DNA from: an uncultured delta proteobacterium
Lineage (GTDB): Bacteria; Desulfobacterota; Desulfobacteria; Desulfobacterales; QNYZ01
Direction: 5' to 3'
Assembly (NCBI GenBank): GCA_963845145.1
Contig: CAWJQU010000001.1
Location: 128,001 to 192,000 of the forward strand
Length of the DNA stretch: 64,000 nt
Positions 40,500 to 50,099 of this stretch are shown here, in pieces; position 1 is the stretch's first letter; each line of letters opens with the position of its first letter. Made by a program: the position numbers and the translations under genes. The notes beneath the pieces were generated by a model, which worked only from the letters and a program-made list of their open reading frames with translations, did not search any database and was not told the origin of the DNA.

Positions 40500-40868
40500 A
40501 TGAGCATTTTCAAAGCCCTCAGGCCATTGACTTTTGACTCAAAAAAATCCTTGGCGATCTATTGTCTCTACATGGCCATCTGCATGGGTGTTTTTCTTAT
40601 CCTGTGTTTTAATATAAACACCAAATACTCCGAAAAAAACGATTCCAACATCACCAAAACGAACCTGTTGAGAAGTCTCCACATTGCCAGCCCCGCTTTG
40701 GTTCCCGCAGGCAGAAATATTGCCTTTGAAACAGGCAATGCCGTATCAAATGCACCTGCATCTTATTTAACCATGCTTGATTGCTGTGAATCGGATGAGG
40801 CGATTGCGAGCCGAATATCTATCGGTAAAACAACCTGTACAATCATCAAACGGGAAAAAAAAGATTAA
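40500..40868 (+). CDS. small membrane-anchored hypothetical protein with CC motif
   Basis: One N-terminal TM segment, LDCCES; first ORF after the promoter. Confidence 0.55.
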   Translation: MSIFKALRPLTFDSKKSLAIYCLYMAICMGVFLILCFNINTKYSEKNDSNITKTNLLRSLHIASPALVPAGRNIAFETGNAVSNAPASYLTMLDCCESDEAIASRISIGKTTCTIIKREKKD

Positions 40869-42057
40869 GTACTTCCACTTCCTCATTCTTGCCGTAAAAA
40901 ATCTTTCCCATGAGAAAGCACGGGCCCTGGCTGTCGCCGTTCCGTTGGCGCTGATCATTGCCATTGTCGGCGCCATGACCTTTTACATTGAAGGCGTTGA
41001 AAAAGACGCGCTTTTGGCAAGCGACTATTTTCCCGATATCCTCCTGCAACAGCAGGTGGGCGGACGCACGGAATCGCTTCTAATGGATAGGTACGAAGAG
41101 GTTCTCAGCGACCACAAGGCTATTTTATCATTTTTTCCAAGAATTTGGGGCTATATCAATTTCTCCGACGACAAGAATATCGGCAAAGCCTTTGTCGTGA
41201 TGGGCCTTGACCCCAAATACATCAAGTCCGGTCTTGTTTTGGATGCAACGATCGAAAAAGGCCGCATGATTAAAGGGGACGAAAAAAATAAGGGAATTAT
41301 CGGCAAAGCCTTATCCCACGCGTTAAATTGCGGGATCGGGGACATGATTGACGTTTCGTCACCCAGTATTCGGAGGAAAACATCAATTGAAGTCGTGGGG
41401 ATTTTTTCCTCGCCGATCCAGATTTACACCGCCGACCTGCTCTTGGTCAATACCGCCACCGCCCAGGAAATAGTCGGTTTCTACGAGGGAAACGAATATT
41501 CGGATGTGCTGATCTATTTAAAAAACACATCCATGGCCAATGTGGTCGCAGCCGACATCAGTAAAGCGATAGAGGGGGCCAGGCCATTGACCAAGGCCAC
41601 CATGCATACCCTCACCATTCAGTCCTTCGGTCAACGTTCCGGTTTCTTTCACCTTATCTGGTTTATTCTGCTTATTAATACCATTATCATCGCCTGGTCG
41701 ATCATGAGCCAGATATCATTTAACCTTAAAAAAGAGATCGGCATTCTTAAAGCCATCGGCTGGGACACCGGCGACATTATGATTTTGAAAACCATTGAGG
41801 TTTTTCTAATCAGCGCCGCCGGGGTTGTCACAGGATTGGTCATGGGGGCCGGGTATATGCTTCTTGATGCACCCGGGTTAAAAAGGTTTGTCATCGGCTG
41901 GGCCGATATTTATCCGGATTTCCCGATTCCCCTTTATATTGACTTTAAAACCGTATCCCTTCTGATTGTCCTGGGGATTCTGCCCCTACTTGCCGGCACA
42001 CTCATTCCGGTATGGAGAATCGGTAGTATTGACCCGGATGAGGCCATTCGAAGATGA
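40777..42057 (+). CDS. ABC permease, FtsX/LolE/MacB type (start codon uncertain)
   Basis: TM - large periplasmic loop - 3 TM; KKEIGILKAIGW; IDPDEAIR. Confidence 0.88.
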   Translation: MIAVNRMRRLRAEYLSVKQPVQSSNGKKKIKYFHFLILAVKNLSHEKARALAVAVPLALIIAIVGAMTFYIEGVEKDALLASDYFPDILLQQQVGGRTESLLMDRYEEVLSDHKAILSFFPRIWGYINFSDDKNIGKAFVVMGLDPKYIKSGLVLDATIEKGRMIKGDEKNKGIIGKALSHALNCGIGDMIDVSSPSIRRKTSIEVVGIFSSPIQIYTADLLLVNTATAQEIVGFYEGNEYSDVLIYLKNTSMANVVAADISKAIEGARPLTKATMHTLTIQSFGQRSGFFHLIWFILLINTIIIAWSIMSQISFNLKKEIGILKAIGWDTGDIMILKTIEVFLISAAGVVTGLVMGAGYMLLDAPGLKRFVIGWADIYPDFPIPLYIDFKTVSLLIVLGILPLLAGTLIPVWRIGSIDPDEAIRR

Positions 42058-42704
42058 TTTCGTTACGAAACATTTGTAAAAGATATCACTATCGAGGGCG
42101 CCCAATCGATGTCCTTACCGATATAAATTTGAACATCGACGCAGGCGAGGCGCTCTGCATACGAGCACCTTCGGGAAAGGGCAAGACCACCCTTCTTAAT
42201 ATTATGGGCGGCATGCTGACCCCGACATCCGGAACCGTTATCGTCAATGATCAGGACATTACCAATCTGCCACTTCATTTTCGTTCTTCTTTCCGGCGTG
42301 ACAACATCGGTTTCATTTTTCAACAATTCAACCTTCTACCGCGATTTACCGTCATGGAAAACCTGCTGTTCCCGTTGATACCGAAAGGTGCGAACTTATC
42401 TAATGAAGCGTTAAAGATCGAAGCGATCCTCGAGCGCCTCAAGATTGGCCACCGCAAACATTTTACCGTCAATCTTTTAAGTGGCGGGGAACAACAACGC
42501 GTGTCCGTAGCCCGGGCTTTGGTGAACAACCCCAAGGTTTTCATCGCCGATGAACCGTTCACCAATCTTGATCCGCACAATAAACAGTTCATTATTGATA
42601 TTTTTTCCGAACTGAAAGCGGGCGGAAAGACATTTATCTTCTCTTCTACATCCGACAAGGAAAATATGGGTAAGGGGCTTATCGATCGAGACATGAACCT
42701 ATGA
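42054..42704 (+). CDS. ABC ATPase, LolD/MacB type
   Basis: APSGKGKTT, IGFIFQQFNL, LSGGEQQRV.VARAL, ADEP..NLD; H-loop His absent. Confidence 0.9.
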   Translation: MISLRNICKRYHYRGRPIDVLTDINLNIDAGEALCIRAPSGKGKTTLLNIMGGMLTPTSGTVIVNDQDITNLPLHFRSSFRRDNIGFIFQQFNLLPRFTVMENLLFPLIPKGANLSNEALKIEAILERLKIGHRKHFTVNLLSGGEQQRVSVARALVNNPKVFIADEPFTNLDPHNKQFIIDIFSELKAGGKTFIFSSTSDKENMGKGLIDRDMNL

Positions 42705-43696
42705 TTATCAACAAAGTGATTGCGATATACTTTTTTTTACTCTTTGTCTCAATAGCTGTCGGTATGGTTGGCGGAGGTATCGGCCTCTCCTCTTTAATAA
42801 AGTGGAAGAAAGAACTTTCACATGAAAAACGCAACGCCATAGAAGAGAAGCTATACCTTAGCATGTCCGCCATATTTCTGGGTGTCTGCATACGGGTGGT
42901 CATGTTGCCGATCTGGTTCTATATGCTGCAAGGCTTGATACCCATTGTCCCCGGCGCCATGTGTCTGTCCGGCATTCACCAGAATGTCCCCTTCTATTCA
43001 TGGATTGCCAGCGCCTTGAAGCTGGTTCTCCCGTTTCTTTATCTCACCTGGCTTACCGTCAGTTTCATAGACCGGAAGAATAAAGCACAACCCTTCCTTA
43101 AGCTGAGACATCTTTTTCTATTTCCACTCGTCGTTTTTCTTCTGGTTGAATCGTTTTTTGATATCGCCTTCATTACATCCATAAAACCGATCCCCGTCCC
43201 CTGTTGCACGGCTCTTTTCGATATGGGTTCTGATACCTTGCCGGTTCTTTTCACAGATCGGCACTGGTACTTTGTAGGGGCATTTCTGGCAGCGCTTATT
43301 GCCCAACTTGCTGTTTTAAGTATTTCAACATTTAAAATTTCGGCATTTTTATCTGCCGGTTTTTTTTCGATAGCCATATTTATCTTGCTCCCCCTGGCAC
43401 ATCACACCCAGCTATCACCGCTTCTTCTCGAAACGCCATTTCATCATTGCGTTTTCTGCCTGCTTCAAAACAAACCGCCGATACTTTTAGGAACCGTCCT
43501 GATCCTGTTCGGTGTTTATTTTAGCTTTTCATACGCAGTGGTTGGTCTGTCAGCCATTAAATCGGAAGCCTTGGATGCGACCCGGTCATCACTATCAAGG
43601 TTGAAAGGGTTCGCTATCGCTGTTCTTGTCTCCGGATTATTCATTTTAGGCGGAATCATTGGTTTTTCTTTAATCAGCGCAGGAGGGTCATACTAA
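42701..43696 (+). CDS. polytopic membrane protein with Cys/His motifs, function unknown
   Basis: About 8 TM; VPGAMC, PVPCCT, FHHCVFC; ATGA-coupled to the ATPase. Confidence 0.8.
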   Translation: MIINKVIAIYFFLLFVSIAVGMVGGGIGLSSLIKWKKELSHEKRNAIEEKLYLSMSAIFLGVCIRVVMLPIWFYMLQGLIPIVPGAMCLSGIHQNVPFYSWIASALKLVLPFLYLTWLTVSFIDRKNKAQPFLKLRHLFLFPLVVFLLVESFFDIAFITSIKPIPVPCCTALFDMGSDTLPVLFTDRHWYFVGAFLAALIAQLAVLSISTFKISAFLSAGFFSIAIFILLPLAHHTQLSPLLLETPFHHCVFCLLQNKPPILLGTVLILFGVYFSFSYAVVGLSAIKSEALDATRSSLSRLKGFAIAVLVSGLFILGGIIGFSLISAGGSY

Positions 43697-43698
43697 AA

Positions 43699-44583
43699 AT
43701 GAAAAAGTTTTCGATTGTATCAATCCTAATTGTCTGTTGGGTCGCCGTATCGATGCATTTGATCCCATTTCCACTGGCCTACGCAGCCAACCCGCTCATC
43801 GTTAAAGGGCCGATTACGGATGTCGATCAATACAACTATTGCCATCGCTGCGGAATGGCTGTCCATAAATCCGAGGCGGCGATTACCGTTACGGGTGTGC
43901 CGGGAGAGCCATGGTATCAATGCTGCCCCATGTGTGCCATGCTGGACGTTATAGAAACAGGAAACGGAAACGGCACCATTGAAGCCTATGGGCACTTGAG
44001 CCATGAAAAATCGCAATGGGTCATCGAGGATAAAGCACTGACCACGCTTACCCCGCCCCACGCCGTTGTGCTCGTCGGTGGAAGCTGTATGAAAAATCTA
44101 TTTTTCTCCTCAAAAGCGCAAGCCCTCAAATTTGTCACAGCCACCCCATGGGCTACGGAAAAAATGATCAAGCCGATTTCCAAGGTCTTCAATAACCTTG
44201 CCCAAAAAAAGAAAAGTTTTGACCATTGCTCCGTCTGTTCAACCAAAATGGCCGGTCATGAAAATACACTGTTCAGTGTCTTGACGAAGGATAAAAAACG
44301 GATCGTCGCTTGCTGCGGACATTGCGGACTCTTCATGTCATCGAAGCTCGGAGATAAAATAAAAAGAGGCTTCACTACGGATTTTAAAACCGGTAAAAGA
44401 ATAGACTCGGAAAAAGCCTATTATGTCGTCAATAATAAAATGGTTCTCTGCTGTTTTCCGTCAACCATTTCCTTTGCACACGAAAAAGATGCCCAAAACT
44501 TCCAAAAAGAGCATGGCGGAGAAATAATGTCCTTCAAACAGGCACTGGGCAACATCAAGATGGTGATGAAGGGGGAAAAATAA
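43699..44583 (+). CDS. secreted tandem NosL/MerB-fold Cys-rich metal-binding protein
   Basis: Signal peptide (AYA/A); repeat 1 CHRCGM..CCPMC..SC...FFSS..A; repeat 2 CSVC..CCGHC..DFKTGKRIDSEKAYYV..CC..F....DA.NF.KEHGG. Confidence 0.75.
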   Translation: MKKFSIVSILIVCWVAVSMHLIPFPLAYAANPLIVKGPITDVDQYNYCHRCGMAVHKSEAAITVTGVPGEPWYQCCPMCAMLDVIETGNGNGTIEAYGHLSHEKSQWVIEDKALTTLTPPHAVVLVGGSCMKNLFFSSKAQALKFVTATPWATEKMIKPISKVFNNLAQKKKSFDHCSVCSTKMAGHENTLFSVLTKDKKRIVACCGHCGLFMSSKLGDKIKRGFTTDFKTGKRIDSEKAYYVVNNKMVLCCFPSTISFAHEKDAQNFQKEHGGEIMSFKQALGNIKMVMKGEK

Positions 44584-44598
44584 AGCGCATCTGTAAAA

Positions 44599-44639
44599 AA
44601 AACCGTAACCCAATCGGTGCACCGAGGGGTTACGGTTTT
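44599..44639. terminator. bidirectional intrinsic terminator-like hairpin
   Basis: AAAACCGTAACCC-AATCGGTGCACCGAG-GGGTTACGGTTTT. Confidence 0.7.
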
Positions 44640-44760
44640 AATTGTTTTTGGTGGACGGATTGGCTTGCAAATCAAAAGTGGTGATTTTCACCGCCTTTTG
44701 TTCATCGCCGCTGAGTTTGGCGAGACTGTAGGTAAAGGTGTCGGCAATGCGAAAGTTCAT
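44638..44760 (-). pseudogene. N-terminal stub of a defence-island UvrD-like helicase
   Basis: MNFRIADTFTYSLAKLSGDEQKAVKITTFDLQANPS then stop; TAATG-coupled to the upstream remnant; family recognised from memory of the N-terminal motif. Confidence 0.55.
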
Positions 44761-45398
44761 TACCGGCTGCCCTGAATCAGTATTTGTGACATTTCCGACA
44801 GGCCAATTGCCTCTACCCCCACGGAAATCGGATACCGCTCATCACCGGCATACACCACAAAACTCTTATGCGGCTGAATATCCTCACAGGCGTTGTAAAA
44901 TCCCTTTTTGGGCTTGGCCGACAAAGATCGCTTGATTTCTATGGCCCATATTTCAGACAAACCGGGAAATTCCAGAACCAGATCCACTTCAGCACCTGCC
45001 GACGTTCTGTAGAAACTGGTCAGTGTCATGTCATCGATAACGGATAACAGGTTTTCAATGACAAACCCTTCCCAACTCACACCCACAACCGGATGCCCGG
45101 ACAGTTGATTAAAATCCTCAATATCAAGCAGTGCGTGCAGCAACCCGCTGTCCCTCACATAAACCTTTGGCGATTTCACCAGCCGTTTGCGTACATTGGC
45201 GTGAAAAGGTCTAAGCCTCCGGACCAATAGCAAATCCACCAGCATATCAATATAGGCGATACGGCCGGCCAGTGACTCACCAGACTGCCGCAACAAATCT
45301 ATTGAAGCGGAACCCAAAATCAGAAAGCGTCCCGTTCCTTTACCCCGGCGGCGGCCTTTGTCAATTATTCCACGCAAAGGCTGAAACAACTCTGGTGC
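44760..45398 (-). pseudogene. AAA_14 ATPase / DUF4143 protein remnant (N-terminus and middle deleted)
   Basis: APELF..LRG.ID..RFLILGSAS..ESLAGRIAYID joined directly to MLVDLLLVRRL..KRLVKSPKVYVRDSGLLH..EVDLV..AIEIK; no Walker A. Confidence 0.8.
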
Positions 45399-45511
45399 AA
45401 GGCGTAGGTGACCCAGTAATCCTTTTCGATAAAGATCTCAGGAATGTTCAACTGGGCAGCAGTGGCAGTCACTGCCTGGCGAAAAAGGGTCTCCTCTTCA
45501 TGCAGTCTCAT
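45365..45511 (-). pseudogene. AbiEii-type nucleotidyltransferase toxin, N-terminal stub
   Basis: MRLHEEETLFRQAVTATAAQLNIPEIFIEKDYWVTYAL then loss of homology; ATGA-coupled to the upstream antitoxin-like gene. Confidence 0.72.
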
Positions 45512-46233
45512 TTGATACCCCACCTGGAAGCAGAAAGAAGCACCTCGGAAAGTCCGGGAATTGTGTATGAGGTTAGAGGGTTGAGTGACTTTTTTAATTT
45601 TTTCGTCACCTCCTCACGGCCAAGATCACTGAGCAGTGCACCCAGCAATGCCCTGGTGGATGGTTGATATTTTATGGCAAGCCTGACGATGGTTTCCTGA
45701 TCTTTCTCAGAGAAATCTGAGATGAGATTTTGCACGATTCTGCAGGTATTTTTAACGGAGGAATCGGGGATCTTTTTTATAAAGCGCAGGGCATCAAGGA
45801 GTTGGAGAAGAAATATGTTTTCTTTGGTGATACTATTTTTCTGTTTCACAAAAGATATGGTGTATTTCCCTCGTTTAAAAGATGAACGCACTTCGTTTCT
45901 GCCAATCTGGATGGTGCTGCCAACCTGGGTGGTGAGACCGAGCGTGTTATATATGCTGAGTCCGGTGAGATAACCCACCACCTTACCACCATTTTCCAGA
46001 AGATCTTTCACCACCTGATACTGGTCAGGTGGCAGTTCGCCAAAAGGTGACTGTTCAGGTTTATAATATTTACCCTTGGCAAGCTTGACAATTTTGCCGG
46101 ATGCAGCAAGCCGATTAAGAGCCTTCGCTAAAGCCTCCTTGCTTTCCACCTTCCCAGCAAATTCACCATAGGTAAAAACATAGCCCTTTGGGAAACGATC
46201 AATTCTATTCTTTATGTATTCAGTAGCTTTCAT
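45508..46233 (-). CDS. AbiEi-like (type IV TA) antitoxin / wHTH regulator, DUF6088-like
   Basis: KALNRLAASGKIVKLAKGKYYKP, GYLTG...YN.LGLTTQV; lies upstream of the AbiEii stub. Confidence 0.78.
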   Translation of the reverse strand: MKATEYIKNRIDRFPKGYVFTYGEFAGKVESKEALAKALNRLAASGKIVKLAKGKYYKPEQSPFGELPPDQYQVVKDLLENGGKVVGYLTGLSIYNTLGLTTQVGSTIQIGRNEVRSSFKRGKYTISFVKQKNSITKENIFLLQLLDALRFIKKIPDSSVKNTCRIVQNLISDFSEKDQETIVRLAIKYQPSTRALLGALLSDLGREEVTKKLKKSLNPLTSYTIPGLSEVLLSASRWGIK

Positions 46234-46261
46234 GTGACCACCTATATATAAAAGAAAAATA

Positions 46262-46295
46262 TTTGTCCAGTTTTTTGTATAAAAAACTGGACAAA
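46262..46295. promoter_or_regulatory. perfect 15-bp-arm inverted repeat upstream of the abiEi-like gene (candidate autoregulatory operator)
   Basis: TTTGTCCAGTTTTTT-GTAT-AAAAAACTGGACAAA. Confidence 0.65.
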
Positions 46296-46344
46296 CTTAC
46301 AGCCAGAGGAGAAGTGAAAAGGGTGAATTTTCCCCTTTCTCACT

Positions 46345-46605
46345 TTACACTTCTAATCCCTCCGGCATCTTTTCAGCGTCCGGGATGCGGAGTTCTCCGG
46401 AGAGGAGTTTGGGGACCAGGGTACGGAAAATCTTGCGAATAGGGGTGGCTGCGCTTCAGTGCACCGTGGCTTCAAATCGGCGGGATGATCCCACTTCAAC
46501 ACGGGTTAAGGGAAAAAGTGGGTCATCATTTCCCCAGAGCTTTTCATCCCGAAGATATGGCACCCAATCGGTAGCGATCTGGACAACCCCTTCGTCCACT
46601 GGAAA
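46345..46605 (-). pseudogene. tyrosine-integrase fragment fused in frame to the C-terminal tail of a type I R-M specificity subunit (HsdS)
   Basis: FPVDEGVVQIATDWVPYLRDEKLWGNDDPLFP...H*SAATPIRKIFR joined to TLVPKLLSGELRIPDAEK. Confidence 0.6.
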
Positions 46606-46674
46606 TGAAAAACCCCAAAGTCTTTGGTATGACTTGGGGTTTTGTATGTTACCGGAACGCTCCGGATTCTATTT

Positions 46675-46751
46675 TGGTGGCGATGCAGGGATTTGAACCC
46701 CGGACACTGCGGATATGAGCCGCATGCTCTGACCACCTGAGCTACATCGCC
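46675..46751 (-). tRNA. tRNA-Met (CAT), elongator-type
   Basis: GGCGATGTAGCTCAGGTGGTCAGAGCATGCGGCTCATATCCGCAGTGTCCGGGGTTCAAATCCCTGCATCGCCACCA; 77 nt, G1-C72 pair, encoded CCA. Confidence 0.95.
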
Positions 46752-46830
46752 AAGTTGTTCGGCCGCTATCTACCAGCACAGGCAGTGGGAGTCAAGTCGA
46801 AAACGACGAGCCGCTTTGGGCATCCATCCC

Positions 46831-49800
46831 TTATGAGGCGGTCGAACCGACCACCTCGATAGAAAATTCTTCGATATCAGTCGGTAATCCGGAAAAGACA
46901 ATCATAAACGGCACTGTTTTCCCAGGTCCGACGGTTGGTATGCCGCTTCCGCCAATCCCTGCTTTATTGGACAATTGGCTTTGAAGCTCGGTAACAGGTT
47001 TGGTTGTTAATTCGGCATCCGGAAGCAAATTGCCGCATAGTGCGGCCTGGGAGGCCACTTGTTTTCCTCCAGCGGCATAAACATTACCCCGGACTTGGAT
47101 CGTGCCGCGCGGTTTGTCATATTGGTTCAAGGCCTGGCCGGTGATTACAAACAACCGCCCACTCTTCTTATTCAATATAAATTTACCTTTAATATCAGCG
47201 GTTTTTATTTGAGCCTTGCCAACTGCGTCCACTGTCTTACCGCTGTCATTTTTCAAGACATTATCCAAAAATGGAATGTTCACATTATTTAGCCCTGGAA
47301 CTTTAACAATCCCCTTGGCATTTAATCCATACAAAAGCCCCAACAAGAGAATAATGGCCAAGAGTATCAATAATGGTCTGCTCGTTCGCCGCTTGGGCAT
47401 GTCCTGAAATCTACCCGGAGGCATAGGCGCTTTTACATCCGCGGCCTTACCACCCTTATCAATCGATTTCGTGACAGGTTCCGGCTCTTTTTGCTCCTCA
47501 GGTTCCCCCTTTTCCAATACGAACGCTTCCTCGGTATCATCCTCTACCGGAGCCGTTGCCGATTCCACCTCTTTTTCCTTTTCGTCCACTGAGTTATCGA
47601 AATCGTCCAATTCTAATATCGGCAGGCTATCCTCGGGGGGCGCATCTCCCAATTTATCCAGAAAATCGAAATCATTCCCTTTTGATTCAGACTCGCCAGC
47701 GGAGGTGGCATCCGTTTCGAGATCAAGTGCATTTTCAACCAGGGTGTCGTCAAAAACCTCGGCTGGAGCAAGCAACTCATCCAATATCGGTAGATCGACC
47801 CCGTCTTCAATATTAAGGGGTTCGTCCAGATCCGGCCGTTCAAGGTCCAGGTTGAGTACATCGGCCCGTCTCTTGTCTGCTTTAACGGGCTTTTGTTCCG
47901 ACTTTTCGTTTTTCGTTCCCTCCTCCGAGGCATCCGGCATGTCAGTACTTCCCAGCTCAAGATCCAAGGATTCAATTTGATCCGAATCCAGAACGAAATT
48001 TATATCATCGACGGACTCGTCACTTTCCAGGTCGGTATTCTCGGCAGATGATCCGATATCGCTCATTTCCAGATCCAGGGAATTAACTTCGTTCAAATTT
48101 AACATGAAGTCATCTCCCGCCAAATCCTGTGCGTCCGTATCTACGGCTTCAAGATCAAGCGCCGCGATCTGGTCGGCATCCAGGCCAAAGTCCGAGTCTG
48201 CACCGGAACTATCCGCCTTTGGGGCACCATCGTCGCTCATTTCAAGCCCATCAAGATTTTCGAGATCGAAATCGAAAGATTCGAGCGAATCTGACGGTTC
48301 ACCATCTTGAGATGCGTCTTTCTCCGAAATGAGATCATCAAGGTTGTCCGGCTCCGTGCCCGACAAGTCTACACTGTCTGTATCTATACTGCCTAAATCT
48401 ATACTGTCTGGATCAAGGCTCAAATCCCCATCCTCGGTCAATGTCTCTTCGAACGGCGCTTCTTCATCCGGCGAAATTAGCGCCTCAAGGCTTTCAAGCT
48501 CTTCATCAAATGATTCAATCAAGCTCGTATTAAGGCTGAATCCATCATCCTCATCGGCGTCTTCATCCTCGGATAAAGCCAACTCTTTCAGGTCATTCAG
48601 CTCTATATCAAACGATTCTATCTCACTGGTGTCCAAACCCAGCGCTTCTTCCTCATCCGCCGGTTCCTCAATATCCGGTCCTCAATATCCGGATCCCAAT
48701 ATCCGGATCCTCAATATCAAGATCATCCAAATCGGGTAACAACCCCTCCATGTTTTCCGATACGGATTCTAAAAAGTCATCATCAACAAGAGCCTTCCCA
48801 TCATCAGACGTTAGGTCAGCCAGTTCGGCTTCCTTCGTCTCAAGCGCGACATCGGCCTCTTCGGATAAGTCTTCCGGGGGTGATGACTCCGTTGCGATAT
48901 CTTCTAAATTGTCCAGATCGAATTCAAAATCCTCAATCTGGATGGTATCCAGGCCAGCGGATTCTTCAACCGATACCACTTCGTCACTCGGGCTTTCGGT
49001 GAGGCTTTCCAATGTGATGGTATCCGTCCCGATATTTTCCTGCCCTATATTATCCTCTGGGACCTCTTCCGAATTCAATAAAGCGGCCAAATCAAGGTCA
49101 GGATCGGTTTCAGCCTCCAACTCGGATCCCCGTGATTTTTCTGCAGCCTCGACTCTGTCTAGCGCATTTTCAAGTTCATCCAAAGAAATCTCGTCTGCAC
49201 TGCCCGAGTCACTGGTCGTGATTGGAGATTCATCATTTGATGTGTCGCTTTCTAAGAGATCATTAAATCCATCTTCGAGATCATCCAATCCATCTTCGAA
49301 AGCTGACGCTTCGATTACCGATGAATCGGTAAAATCATCTCCCAGCTCACCCAGATCAATAACTTCAATTTCTTCACTACCACTAACGATCAAATCTTCC
49401 GCGGTGATTTCCTGGATGGCGGGGTGATCATCATCTATCAATTCCTCTGCCGTAGTTTGCTGAACGGCGGCATCATCATCTAACAGATCATCATCACCAC
49501 CAAAAAGATCGTCCAGCCCTTCTTCCAGATCGGCGAGTTCAAGATCGTCCATGCCGGATGGTTGCGCATCTTGCACGATTGGTTCACTGATTTCGTCCAA
49601 AAACGAGTCATCATCAGATTCATCAGTCCCAAGTATTTTATCAAGTTCATCGGCAAGATCCGGCATATCCGTTTCTTCCGTATTCCATTCAACGTCCTCG
49701 ACGGTAGAAGGAGCAGCCTCATTCGATGTTTCCTCCAAGAAGCCCCCGGTCCGCAAGTCAGCGTCAATCTTATCTATCGGGTCGGCCTCAAAATCGTCGA

Positions 49801-49978
49801 GGTCCACGCTTTCCACATCTACCAACGAAGAAAAGGAATCGTCGACAGCAGCTTCAGCGATAGGAAACGCCGTAAAAATATGGCGGCACTTGGAGCACCG
49901 AACCTTAGTGCCCCTAGGCTTAACCAGTCTACTTGCCAGATGATACCGAGTGGCACATTGTTGACAGCTAATGATCAT
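46831..49978 (-). CDS. MJ0042-type zinc-ribbon / long acidic linker / TM / DUF3426-like protein, frameshifted inside a 15-bp tandem repeat (ORFs 48668..49978 and 46831..48636)
   Basis: MIISCQQCATRY...KVRCSKCRHIF; very D/E-rich linker; TM LLILLAIILLLGLLYG; C-terminal G.LFVITG..N..PGKTVPFMIVF. Confidence 0.8.
48661..48718 (-). repeat. 4x 15-bp coding tandem repeat (DIEDP), two copies each 1 nt short
   Basis: GATATTGAGGATCCG / GATATTG-GGATCCG / GATATTGAGGA-CCG / GATATTGAGGAACCG. Confidence 0.85.
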
Positions 49979-50083
49979 ACTTGGCTCCTGTTAAAAATTC
50001 CCAGTTTTATCGTAACGCCATTCATATAACTTTGCTGATGAAGCAATATGAGCAGAACAACCTCAAGTCAAATACCAGAGTTA

Positions 50084-50099
50084 AGCAATATTTGTGCCA
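50084..50099 (-). promoter_or_regulatory. sigma54 (-24/-12) promoter
   Basis: TGGCAC-AAATA-TTGCT, ~105 nt upstream of the zinc-ribbon gene, with ~400 nt of apparently non-coding DNA further upstream. Confidence 0.7.

Noticed and set aside
40864..40868. ATT start codon for the ABC permease overlapping the upstream stop
   Set aside because: Upstream in-frame TTG/ATG alternatives exist and there is no clear RBS; cannot be decided from sequence alone
46456..46458. In-frame TGA as selenocysteine
   Set aside because: Lies in a deleted integrase remnant at a probable Trp codon (TGG>TGA); no redox motif
46425..46605. Integrase fragment as the missing integron integrase
   Set aside because: It is 26 kb from the array, sits at a tRNA att site and shows no IntI-specific features
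46385..46736. ORFs 46385..46696 and 46506..46736
   Set aside because: They overlap the tRNA and the integrase remnant; shadow frames
47059..50029. Long Ser-rich plus-strand ORFs
   Set aside because: Antisense shadows of the Asp/Glu-rich low-complexity coding strand
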